Shown here piece by piece: positions 38,351 through 47,284 of a DNA stretch of 64,000 nt (the first letter of the stretch is position 1; each line of letters opens with the position of its first letter). Under the pieces are notes generated by a model. That model was not told where the DNA came from. It did no database searches and saw only the letters and a list, made by a program, of their open reading frames with translations. A program made the position numbers and the translations under genes. The DNA comes from a virus, in IMG/VR virus record IMGVR_UViG_3300045988_182459, positions 66,120 to 130,119 of that record, one strand, 5' to 3'.

Positions 38351-39234
38351 CCAATGAACAGCTGAGAATCGCATTGACGGCGAATGCCGTTACCAAACAA
38401 ACCCGAAACCATTTTGGATTCAGTGACCCGTGTGGAAAAACGCTGGAAGAATACAACAAGTCCGCGATGCTGTGCTGCATGACAGCGGCGCAGAGAATGA
38501 ACACGCCGGGTTTTGAGCGTGTTTTGGCTGCGCAGATTTTTCCCTGCTTTACCATTGGCTGCTGGAATCAGACGAAGACGGTCTATGATTTTGACTACGA
38601 GTTTCAGAAAATGCTGATGGATACGGATGACGTGGCAATTCATCAGGATATCCTGCAGCGACTCCCGGTTCGTGATTTCTTTATCCCGGTGTATGACAGC
38701 TACGACTACAACGGTATGTTCGTGCATGTGGAATTCGACGAAAAAGAGAAAACCACAGCTTTCGGTATCGTTCTTGTCGGCCCCACTAAGGGCAGCCACG
38801 ATGATTTCACGTTCCTGACTCTGCCTGCCTGGGCCAAGGAAAATCAGAGTTTGACGGAAGCAACTCGGAGCACGAAAGAATACCTGGAAAAGGCAGCAGG
38901 GCAGCGGCAAGTAAATGGTATCAGCGTACCGGCTGCGATGGAAGCAGTCCCTTCGGTCTTTGACGGCGGCACACCTTATGTCCGGCTGGCAATCCTGTGC
39001 GCCAACTATCTTGCCAGCAAGAACCCTGATGTCTGCTTGGAAACTTCCAAAAAGCGTGACCGCCCGGTATTCGTGTTTCAGGGAAAGGCACAGCGAATCA
39101 ACGTCAAGACATATACCGTTGGTGAGAATGCGGCCAAAGAATACAAAAAGAATGGGGAAGGCAAAACTCCCCGCTGGCGGCATTACTGGTGCGGCAATGG
39201 CCGGGAACGCCGGGAATGCAAGTTTATTTACTGA
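38347..39234 (+). CDS. hypothetical protein
   Basis: Start overlaps the upstream stop (ATGA). 295 aa. Confidence 0.5.
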   Translation: MTNEQLRIALTANAVTKQTRNHFGFSDPCGKTLEEYNKSAMLCCMTAAQRMNTPGFERVLAAQIFPCFTIGCWNQTKTVYDFDYEFQKMLMDTDDVAIHQDILQRLPVRDFFIPVYDSYDYNGMFVHVEFDEKEKTTAFGIVLVGPTKGSHDDFTFLTLPAWAKENQSLTEATRSTKEYLEKAAGQRQVNGISVPAAMEAVPSVFDGGTPYVRLAILCANYLASKNPDVCLETSKKRDRPVFVFQGKAQRINVKTYTVGENAAKEYKKNGEGKTPRWRHYWCGNGRERRECKFIY

Positions 39235-39252
39235 TGGCGGTGAGGGTGAATC

Positions 39253-39960
39253 ATGGCTCCCCATACTTATCAGGACCCGATTGGGTTCTATGAATGGTTC
39301 GATGACCTTCCTTATGCTATCCAGGATAGTATTCTGAAACACCTGCCGCATATGGAAGGCGAGGAATGGCTCATTGTCATTATCCTTGCAGCTCTTCTTC
39401 TGATGATTCTGGTTTCAGCGTATCTGTGCTATGCAAGGCATAATGTCAAAAAAACGAGTGAACGACTCAACGCTTTGAAAGAACTGAACAACACGACTGA
39501 ATTCATGCCGGTCGAGGCGCAGTACCGCTACTATCTACGTTCTGATACGAAGCTGGAATTCGAGGAGTTCTCGCTCCCGAAGTTCTTTCGCCGTGAAGTG
39601 AGGGAAAACTTCAAGCTGTACAATACCCTGCTTGGCAATGCTCGGGCAAACACGGTATTGTATGAAACATATGGCCGCGAGATTCAGGAACTCCCGGAAT
39701 GGACGGAATCGGATGACGATTGCGGACGGCATATCCCGTTCTTTCTCTACCGCAACATTGAGAAGGAACTGTACGATGAAACGGTTCTGGATTGTCCCGT
39801 GACAACTCCTGAATTCGTCTGCACGAAAAGCTACCTGCCCAAAGACGCTAAGAATCCGATTGAGATGGAAGAGACCTATACGCTGGAGGAACTGGAAGAG
39901 TACATACGCCGCTTGAAGGTTGCAGCCGATGTCAAGAAGAACAGCCAAAACGCAGGCTAA
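39253..39960 (+). CDS. hypothetical membrane-anchored protein
   Basis: One TM helix (EEWLIVIILAALLLMILVSAYL). 235 aa. Confidence 0.5.
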   Translation: MAPHTYQDPIGFYEWFDDLPYAIQDSILKHLPHMEGEEWLIVIILAALLLMILVSAYLCYARHNVKKTSERLNALKELNNTTEFMPVEAQYRYYLRSDTKLEFEEFSLPKFFRREVRENFKLYNTLLGNARANTVLYETYGREIQELPEWTESDDDCGRHIPFFLYRNIEKELYDETVLDCPVTTPEFVCTKSYLPKDAKNPIEMEETYTLEELEEYIRRLKVAADVKKNSQNAG

Positions 39961-40073
39961 AAGGGTAGCGGCCAAAGGCAAGAGGCAAGACTCCGTGGCT
40001 GTCAGTTGCAGAACGTCTTCACACCTGAATTCTTGAATTTTGCCAGTGCTTTGATGAATAATGAAGAGCGCAC

Positions 40074-40105
40074 GCCCCGTCTATAGCCGTAAGGCTTAGG
40101 CGGGG
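40074..40105 (+). repeat. GC-clamped REP/IS-end-like hairpin GCCCCGTCTATAGCCGTAAGGCTTAGGCGGGG
   Basis: Homologous to 41858-41888 and, inverted, to 30889-30924. The GCCCCGTC arm also occurs in the IS hairpin at 30460-30487. Confidence 0.55.
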
Positions 40106-40163
40106 TTAGCTCGTGTTTTGGAGCAGAAATCAGAAATTATTGTTTTCCGTTCTGATAAAGGTA

Positions 40164-40191
40164 TTGCCTGGTTGTGCGAACTGGATACTAT
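40164..40191 (+). promoter_or_regulatory. box promoter site 5: TTGCCT-16-TACTAT with GTGCGAAC in the spacer
   Basis: Read directly. Lies immediately upstream of the RBS and GTG of the TnpB-like gene. Confidence 0.5.
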
Positions 40192-40216
40192 AAAATTATA
40201 GTAAACTGCAAGGGAG

Positions 40217-41710
40217 GTGAGTGCTTTGAATATTACATCCAGCTATCAGGTGAGAATCGTCAATTGCAGCGTAAACCTCAATGAGACTGTTCGCATTTAT
40301 CGCAAGGCACTTGCCTACCTGATTGGTGTTGTCAATGAAAACTGGGATGCCGTCAAACGCATTGATACCGGCAATCTTGAGCAGCAGCACTATATTGACA
40401 AGCTAGTTCATGGCACCAAAAATCATGAGGCTAAGTATCCTGAATTTGATAAGCAGTTCTATAAGTACCCGTCGTATTTGCGCCGTGCAACTATTACGGC
40501 CGCCATTGGCGCGGTAAGCGGCTATCACAGCAATCTAGCTAATTGGGAAATGTCCGACAAAAAGGACAAACAGCCTACTCTTCAAGTAGATAGAAAAGCT
40601 TTTCCTACATTCTTCCGCGTTGATATGTTCCTTGTGGACGGCACACCCGAAAAGGTGAAAGTCGTAAAAAATCCTAAACCGAAGGATGAACTCACGGCAG
40701 AAGAAAAGAAAATCGAGAAAGCAAAACGCAAAGCTGCTGAATTACAGAACTCTCAAAATGAACTGACGGTTTTGAGTAATCACTGTACCGTTCGCTTGAA
40801 AGTTTTCTATAAAAACGACTGGGTGTGGGCAACTGTCACGCTGCGTAAAACGGATATTGCCTATTTACGCAAATACTGGATGCACGCTTGCTCGTCAGCC
40901 CCTATGCTCGAAAAGCGTTTCGGCAAATACAGCCTGCGCTTTGCTTTTGAGGAAAATACTACTCTTAGTGATACTCCTATCGATAAGCAGCGCGTCTGCG
41001 CCGTCGATTTAGGTCTCAATACCGATGCGGTGTGCAGCATCATGACCGCTGATGGAACTATCCTTGCCAGGAAGTTTATCAACTTCCCGAGTGACAAAGA
41101 CCATCTGTATCATGTACTTAACCGCATCAAGAAGTTCCAAAGGCTGCATGGGTCCCGGGAAGCGCATAACTTTTGGGCCTATGCAAAGCGCGTTAATGAT
41201 GAATTGTCCAAAAAGATTGCCGCCGCGATTGTAGAATTTGCGGTCCTCTATTCTGCCGATGTGATTGTTTTTGAGCACTTAGATTTCAAAGGCAAGAAAT
41301 CATCGTGCAAAAAGCAAAAAATCCAGATGTGGCGTAAAAATGGTATCCAGCGCATTGCGGAACATAAAGCGCACCGCTGCGGTATTCGTATCTCGCACAT
41401 CTGCGCTTGGGGGACTAGCAAACTTGCGTATGACGGCAGCGGCGAAGTGAAACGCGCACCAGATAACCATTCCCTTGCTACTTTTACAAGCAGCAAACAA
41501 TACAATGCGGACTTGAATGCGTGCTACAACATCGGCGCACGCTATTTCATCCGTGAGGTAACAAAACCCATGTCAAAAAAGGCATGGTCTCAATGCAAGG
41601 CTGAAGTTCCTGACATTGAGCGTAGAACCCAATGCACTTTACACTCTCTCAGACAGCTGCATGCCTTTTTGAGCACTCCAAAAGAGGCTCAGCCTGAAGC
41701 AGCCGCCTGA
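40217..41710 (+). CDS. TnpB-like (IS605 OrfB family) RuvC nuclease lacking the canonical zinc finger; paralog of 47285..48616
   Basis: RuvC-like motifs CAVDLGLNTD, VIVFEHLDFKG and NADLNACYNIGARYF. No CxxC...CxxC. RBS AGGGAGG before GTG. Confidence 0.75.
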   Translation: MSALNITSSYQVRIVNCSVNLNETVRIYRKALAYLIGVVNENWDAVKRIDTGNLEQQHYIDKLVHGTKNHEAKYPEFDKQFYKYPSYLRRATITAAIGAVSGYHSNLANWEMSDKKDKQPTLQVDRKAFPTFFRVDMFLVDGTPEKVKVVKNPKPKDELTAEEKKIEKAKRKAAELQNSQNELTVLSNHCTVRLKVFYKNDWVWATVTLRKTDIAYLRKYWMHACSSAPMLEKRFGKYSLRFAFEENTTLSDTPIDKQRVCAVDLGLNTDAVCSIMTADGTILARKFINFPSDKDHLYHVLNRIKKFQRLHGSREAHNFWAYAKRVNDELSKKIAAAIVEFAVLYSADVIVFEHLDFKGKKSSCKKQKIQMWRKNGIQRIAEHKAHRCGIRISHICAWGTSKLAYDGSGEVKRAPDNHSLATFTSSKQYNADLNACYNIGARYFIREVTKPMSKKAWSQCKAEVPDIERRTQCTLHSLRQLHAFLSTPKEAQPEAAA

Positions 41711-41857
41711 TGTAGATGTACTGTGTTGCGACAACTTTGCGGGAGACTAACCCTTATGTGGTGACCAATGCCGTCAGGCGTTGTGAGCTAAGTTTGGGCT
41801 GTATCTCTACCTTCGGGTAACGCAGAGACTTACCGTGGGGCTACAACCCACGGAGAA

Positions 41858-41888
41858 GCCCCGTTTAAGCCGCAAGGCTTAGGTGAGG
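41858..41888 (+). repeat. GC-clamped REP/IS-end-like hairpin GCCCCGTTTAAGCCGCAAGGCTTAGGTGAGG
   Basis: About 150 nt downstream of the TnpB-like stop. Homologous to 40074-40105. Confidence 0.5.
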
Positions 41889-42013
41889 AGGTTCACATTC
41901 TGCGGGCATTGACAAACAGCCAAAAATGTGCTTAGGTTAAAAATCCTTGCAAAAACGTACGATACCCATACAATAAGCACAAATGAAATAACGAATGAAT
42001 AGGAGATATAAAC

Positions 42014-42622
42014 ATGAGTGAACAGAAAGAAAATGCTCAGCTCGAAGCTTATCGGACTCTCGTTGACGATTTCAAGCGCTTCGTCAGTTCTGAAATTCGG
42101 GCAGAGGAGAACAGCTACCGGATTGTGGACATGACTTCCGAAGATGCCGAAATCGATGACCCGAGCGTTCCGGTGACTCAGCTGGAAGATGAAAAGGCGG
42201 AGAAGCTCGCCGGTATCTGCATGGACCTGTCCAACGCTACGCTGTGGCTCTACTACAACCGCGATAAGTTTGCGAACGTTGAGTTTATGCCTCTGAAAGA
42301 GGAGACTTTGAAGGAATACCAGAAGCAGGCTCAGAATGCTCTGAATGAGCCGAAGAGCCCGCTGTTCCTGAAATCCTGGTATCAGCTCATTGAAATGTTG
42401 AGTCAGGAATGTATCCCGCAGCGCTACGAGGACGACGGTCAGCGATATACAGACGTCTATGTGAACACCTATATGCTCATGTACCTGACCATGACCCGAC
42501 TCAAGAACGGCGGAACTTTTACACGCCTTGCAAACGGGCAGGGAAGCGATGCTGTGAAAATCACGACCATCGCAATGTACTACTTCTCCAGCCTTTTGAC
42601 GGTTCTCTGCACCGAGTACTAA
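42014..42622 (+). CDS. hypothetical protein
   Basis: RBS AATAGGAGATATAAAC before ATG. 202 aa. Confidence 0.5.
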   Translation: MSEQKENAQLEAYRTLVDDFKRFVSSEIRAEENSYRIVDMTSEDAEIDDPSVPVTQLEDEKAEKLAGICMDLSNATLWLYYNRDKFANVEFMPLKEETLKEYQKQAQNALNEPKSPLFLKSWYQLIEMLSQECIPQRYEDDGQRYTDVYVNTYMLMYLTMTRLKNGGTFTRLANGQGSDAVKITTIAMYYFSSLLTVLCTEY

Positions 42623-42679
42623 GCAGCATTTTCCCGCGTGAGTGATAGCGCTCATGCGGGAATTTTTTGTAATTTTCTA

Positions 42680-42707
42680 TTGCTAATCTGTGCGAATTGC
42701 GTACAAT
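42680..42707 (+). promoter_or_regulatory. box promoter site 6: TTGCTA-17-TACAAT with GTGCGAAT in the spacer
   Basis: Read directly. Confidence 0.55.
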
Positions 42708-42740
42708 AGCAAATATAAAGTAGAAGTATATCGAATCGCT

Positions 42741-42778
42741 GCCCCGCATGAATTGCTTGTGCGGGGCTTTTTGTTTGC
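42741..42778 (+). terminator. leader terminator with a CTTTTTGTTTGCGG tail
   Basis: GCCCCGCATGAATTGCTTGTGCGGGGC plus a T-run. About 35 nt after the -10 and directly before the RBS of the 42791 gene. Confidence 0.6.
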
Positions 42779-42790
42779 GGAAAGGAAATG

Positions 42791-42992
42791 CATGATGTAC
42801 GGTTTATCAGAAGAGAGCTTAACGATTGTTGGTGTTATTTTGATTGTGGTTGGTGTCGCTATGATTGGTTGGGGATTTGAATGGAATCAGGACATTACCA
42901 ATGATAAACGGGTCGGAACCGTTGTCAGAGACATTGGCGTTATGGTTTTGGCAACCGGCATTATATTTGTGATGCAGCGGGCAATGAACTAA
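42791..42992 (+). CDS. small membrane protein (two TM helices)
   Basis: RBS GGAAAGGAAATG. 67 aa and hydrophobic. Confidence 0.45.
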
Positions 42993-43007
42993 ATTGGGAA
43001 AATGTAA

Positions 43008-43040
43008 GGCAGGCTCATTTCGGGCCTGTTTGTTTTTTGG
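43008..43040 (+). terminator. terminator-like hairpin immediately upstream of the helicase start (a second attenuator)
   Basis: CAGGCTCATTTCGGGCCTG followed by TTTGTTTTTTGG, ending 8 nt before ATG 43048. Confidence 0.45.
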
Positions 43041-43047
43041 GTGAAAT

Positions 43048-45243
43048 ATGATTACAGCAAAGAAGATTGACCCACGGCCATATCAGCAGAAAGCTGCTGC
43101 GGCGATTCATAGAGAGTGGGATGCCGGGAATAAGAAAACGCTGGTTGTGATGCCGACAGGAACCGGCAAAACTATTGTGTTTGCAAGCATCGTGAACGAC
43201 CAGGTGGCAAAGGGCGAACACGTTTTGATTCTTGCGCACCGGGAAGAGCTTTTACAGCAGGCAAGCGACAAACTCAAGATGGTGACGGGGCTAGAGACCG
43301 CGTTGGAGAAAGCTCAGAACTCGGCACTTGATTCCGATAAAATGGTCGTGGTTGCCAGTGTTCAGACTCTCTCTAAGCAGAATCGGTTAATGAAGTATCC
43401 GCGTGATTATTTCGGGACTATCATCATTGATGAAGCGCATCACACGGCAGCCAAAACTTACAAGGGAATTCTCGAGCATTTCATTGATGCCAAAGTGTTG
43501 GGCGTGACTGCAACACCCGACCGAAGCGACATGAAATCCCTATCTGATATCTTTGATAGTCTTGCATTTGAATATAAGCTCCCGGATGCAATTCGGGAAG
43601 GATATCTCTGCAAAATTAACACGAAGACAATTCCGGTCGAGGTAGACATCAGCAAGGTTCATATCAATGCCGGTGATTTCAGTGCTCAGGACCTCGGCAA
43701 TGTTCTTGACCTGTATCTGGACACGATTGCGGATGCCATTGTGCGAGAATGCCAGAACCGAAAGACTGTCATCTTTACGCCTCTGGTACGAATCAGCAAA
43801 AGACTGTGCAATATCCTCAATAAGCGAAACTTCAAGACCGCAGAAGTCAATGGCGCGTCTGCGGACCGGGAGGACGTTCTGAAAGGGTTTGACAATGGCG
43901 AGTACAAGGCGCTGACGAACGCGATGCTCCTGACGGAAGGATGGGATTGCCCGACCGTTGACTGTATCATCTGCTTGCGTCCTACCAAGAGCCGTAGCCT
44001 GTATGCGCAGATTGTGGGACGCGGAACACGCCTATGTGAAGGGAAAAAGAATCTTCTCGTGCTGGATTTCCTGTGGCTGACAAAGAAACATAGTCTTTGC
44101 CATCCTGCTGATATTTTCTGTGAAGACCCGGAAGTGGCACAAAAGACCACCGATATGCTGGCGGATGCGGCACTCACCGGTTCGAATAGCCAGGAAAATT
44201 TCGGGAGTCCCGAATTGGGGCTGATTGAGGCAATCGAGGAAGCACAGACTGAGCTGGACGAGGAAAAGCGGAAAGCACTGTGTGAACTCGAAAAGCAGGA
44301 TACGATTCAGCGCAAGCTCAAGGCACAGCGTCAAAAGCCGAGAGGATTGGTTGACCCGCTGCAGTACATTTTCAGCATCGAAGCGCCGGAACTCAACGAT
44401 TATCAGCCGATGTTTGAGAGTGAGAGGCAGGAGCCTTCCGATGACATCATCGATAGTATTTCGTGCTACGGCGTAAAAGGGGATGCCATCAAATCTCAGG
44501 GCCTTGCCGCTGCGATTCTCAAACGACTCATCGCTCGCAGGGCCAGCGGAATGGCTACCCCGAAACAGATTCGGTGCCTTGAGAGTTTCGGATTTGTTCA
44601 TGTAGGGCGCTGGACAATGCAGTATGCAAGCAGTTTCCTGAACGTCATCAGCTCTCATGACTGGGAGCTTCCAAATGGGTTCGACGCATCTACGCTGGAC
44701 CCGGAAAAGAACACAGTGGACGACCTCGCCAAGCTGTACCCGGATTACAAGGAGGATGAGACGAAGAAAACTCCGCGTGGGGATTCTTTCATCTGCTGCT
44801 ACTACGATGCAAGCTACAATTTGGCTCGCAAGAAGGTCTGCAACAGTGAAAAAGAAATGTTGAATCTGTATTATTCACTGTTCAATACTTGCGAAGCAAA
44901 GTACTTCTATTATACGAAGGAAGCTGATGCCTGGATGGCAGAAAAGCAGAATCTAATTGCCAGAAAGACCGGAACACCGATTCCTGCCACGCAGGCGACA
45001 AAGACAGTGCCAACGGCACCACCTCCCTTTGTCCCGGCAGCTCCCGCCAAGAGCCACGAATATTATTGCTGCCTTGCACGCTGGGACGGGTCTTATATCG
45101 GCTATGAAACTTACAAGAGTGAGCAGGCGGCACAGAATGCCCGAAAGCAGATTGCCCGGCGCGGTGAGACGGCAGTGTATGCCACGGTAGAGGAAGCCGA
45201 AGCGTGGGTCGAACGGCAAAAGGCAGCGAGAACCAGGAGGTAA
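43048..45243 (+). CDS. SF2 DEAD/DEAH-box helicase (type III restriction res-subunit/phage helicase-like) with a ~300-aa C-terminal extension
   Basis: Walker A VVMPTGTGKT. DEAH box IIIDEAHH. The helicase C motifs are present. Confidence 0.8.
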   Translation: MITAKKIDPRPYQQKAAAAIHREWDAGNKKTLVVMPTGTGKTIVFASIVNDQVAKGEHVLILAHREELLQQASDKLKMVTGLETALEKAQNSALDSDKMVVVASVQTLSKQNRLMKYPRDYFGTIIIDEAHHTAAKTYKGILEHFIDAKVLGVTATPDRSDMKSLSDIFDSLAFEYKLPDAIREGYLCKINTKTIPVEVDISKVHINAGDFSAQDLGNVLDLYLDTIADAIVRECQNRKTVIFTPLVRISKRLCNILNKRNFKTAEVNGASADREDVLKGFDNGEYKALTNAMLLTEGWDCPTVDCIICLRPTKSRSLYAQIVGRGTRLCEGKKNLLVLDFLWLTKKHSLCHPADIFCEDPEVAQKTTDMLADAALTGSNSQENFGSPELGLIEAIEEAQTELDEEKRKALCELEKQDTIQRKLKAQRQKPRGLVDPLQYIFSIEAPELNDYQPMFESERQEPSDDIIDSISCYGVKGDAIKSQGLAAAILKRLIARRASGMATPKQIRCLESFGFVHVGRWTMQYASSFLNVISSHDWELPNGFDASTLDPEKNTVDDLAKLYPDYKEDETKKTPRGDSFICCYYDASYNLARKKVCNSEKEMLNLYYSLFNTCEAKYFYYTKEADAWMAEKQNLIARKTGTPIPATQATKTVPTAPPPFVPAAPAKSHEYYCCLARWDGSYIGYETYKSEQAAQNARKQIARRGETAVYATVEEAEAWVERQKAARTRR

Positions 45244-45247
45244 TCAT

Positions 45248-45802
45248 ATGCGTACCAATAAGACAGTAAGCCATATTTACTACGAACTCGACCATGATGT
45301 GCAGGAATATGCGAAACGGCTTTTGGCTAAAAAGATTCTGCACGCGGCACAGCAGGACAATGCCGTTCCGTTTCCTGATGAAACGGCAAAGAGAATTGCC
45401 GAGACGGCGGTGTTTCTGACCGAACGCCTCACGCTTTTGTATGAGGTCAGTTCTGGCTTTCGAGGCATTCGGTTCAGCGATTCCGGGAAACAACCCGCTG
45501 TTTATACTACCATGGTTCAGCGCAATGCTCCTTTGTACGATGAGCCGATGCTTGGGCGGGCCTACAACCTCGCCAGCTTCCTTGCCGCTGAAAGTCCCGA
45601 TATCAGAGAAGTGGTTTTGATGAAGCATGGGGTTTTGGCGGCAATTTATAATGCTGCTGCGCACATGAAAGAGCGGACTCCGGAGCCGGGAAAAATCTCG
45701 GTTCAGAGCCAGCTGTTTGTGTCTACGGCAGTTGAGTTGTTTGATGGTCTTTTGAGTACAGCAGTAGAGAAAAAGAACAGCGGCAATAAAACCGCCGCAT
45801 GA
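45248..45802 (+). CDS. hypothetical protein
   Basis: RBS AGGAGG before ATG. 184 aa. Confidence 0.5.
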   Translation: MRTNKTVSHIYYELDHDVQEYAKRLLAKKILHAAQQDNAVPFPDETAKRIAETAVFLTERLTLLYEVSSGFRGIRFSDSGKQPAVYTTMVQRNAPLYDEPMLGRAYNLASFLAAESPDIREVVLMKHGVLAAIYNAAAHMKERTPEPGKISVQSQLFVSTAVELFDGLLSTAVEKKNSGNKTAA

Positions 45803-45823
45803 GATAGAGAATAGGAGATTCGT

Positions 45824-46276
45824 ATGATTCGATTCAGAAAAGATACCCCTCGCTACTGGTTTATGAGTAACTATTATTCTTGCGAATTTGTGATGAATGG
45901 GATTCGTTACAAGAATGCCGAAGCAGCGTTTCAGAGCCACAAGGTTCCGCTGGAAGAGCGCAAACAATTTTCAGACATGCCTCCGGCAACGGCTAAGCAT
46001 TTTGGCCGTCATGTGGCTTTCCCTGCCAACTGGGACGAAACCCGGGACGATGTAATGCGCCGCGTGGTGATGGCTAAATTCGAACAGAATAAAGACCTCA
46101 AGCAGCGTCTCCTCGAAACGGGAACGCAGCCAATCGAGGAAGATACCACCAGTTGGCACGATAACTACTGGGGAAACTGCCATTGCCCGAAATGCCGGAA
46201 CATCCCGGGTCAGAACCGGCTTGGGATTATTCTGATGGAAACGAGGGACAAGCTAAAAAAACAAACGAGTAAATAA
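45824..46276 (+). CDS. NADAR-domain protein (YbiA-like; NAD/ADP-ribose-associated)
   Basis: ...FSNYYSCEF..NGIRYKNAEAAFQSHK... and GNCHCPKC...NRLGIILMETRDKL match the YbiA/NADAR family profile. Confidence 0.6.
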   Translation: MIRFRKDTPRYWFMSNYYSCEFVMNGIRYKNAEAAFQSHKVPLEERKQFSDMPPATAKHFGRHVAFPANWDETRDDVMRRVVMAKFEQNKDLKQRLLETGTQPIEEDTTSWHDNYWGNCHCPKCRNIPGQNRLGIILMETRDKLKKQTSK

Positions 46277-46309
46277 TATTTGCGAGTCATTTCCTTTTTT
46301 AAGACAAAA

Positions 46310-46347
46310 GGCTGCCGCCCATCACGGGTAGCAGCCTTCTTTTTTTG
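46310..46347. terminator. bidirectional terminator
   Basis: GGCTGCCGCCCATCACGGGTAGCAGCC flanked by an A-run and a T-run. Confidence 0.55.
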
Positions 46348-46348
46348 T

Positions 46349-46800
46349 TTAGTGGGTGTCGTGGCACACATGCTCGAAATCGACGAGCAGCTCATTTGCT
46401 GCCTTTTGCACACATGCTATGGCCGGTTCATCCTTGACTTTTTCAGGTAAAAGGATAAGGCACGGACGGTTAATATCAGTTGAGCTGCTATAGTGGCAGG
46501 AGAGCAACTCTTCTCCAAATTCGTGATTAAGGGCGGAGGCAAGACATTTACCGAGCAAAGCACAATCCTCATCTTCGCCAAAAGCCTATCCGCCTCATCG
46601 TAGTTAATGCGGCCGTTATCGAGACATATACGGTCAAGAAATGCACGAACAGAAGCAGATACGCTCATGGCATCTATAGTCTGACGATGATTCTCAAGAA
46701 AAATGCAAAATATCGGCTTTTCGATTTCATCCAAGTAAAAGCCAAGGCCGGTAATACGGGTATTGGTATCGGTTTGTGTCATAGGAAACACCTCATCCAT
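46349..46800 (-). pseudogene. minus-strand gene apparently split by a frameshift near 46560-46575
   Basis: Two overlapping minus-strand ORFs (46417..46800 and 46349..46558). The protein-like reading frame switches between them. Confidence 0.3.
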
Positions 46801-46836
46801 TATGGCAGCGAATCACCTTGCCGCATTCAGAACAAC

Positions 46837-47106
46837 TCACTGAACAACTTCGCCAAGGTCATTTGCGTATTTCGGGTCACACATCATGAAATAGTTGACA
46901 GGGCCGTACTCCAGACCGAGCTCCTGCGCGTATGCCTTGATGACTTCCAGAACGTCCTCTTTCTTGAGATTATACTTGGAATGCAGACGGGCAAACTCTT
47001 TGTCAGAGACAGAAACGCAAGAGCAATTTTCTACATCGGTTTCTTTGCTGCCCAGCATCCCGTCAAAGATGTCCTGCCCTGCACAGAGAATCGTCTCATT
47101 GTTCAT
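46837..47106 (-). CDS. small hypothetical protein
   Basis: 89-aa minus-strand ORF with coding-like composition. Confidence 0.4.
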   Translation of the reverse strand: MNNETILCAGQDIFDGMLGSKETDVENCSCVSVSDKEFARLHSKYNLKKEDVLEVIKAYAQELGLEYGPVNYFMMCDPKYANDLGEVVQ

Positions 47107-47284
47107 CGCATAAGCGATAACGGAAGCCTTACAGTGAATCCTCCCACGACTAAAGTCGCGGGCTTCCCGCTCCTTTTATGGGTAGCGGCGTTCTAACGAA
47201 AGATACGGTAATCCCTCAGCTCAGGCGTCCAGACGGGAGCCATCACCGCAAGAAAACTAATAACTCAGTTAGCATCTGTACATC

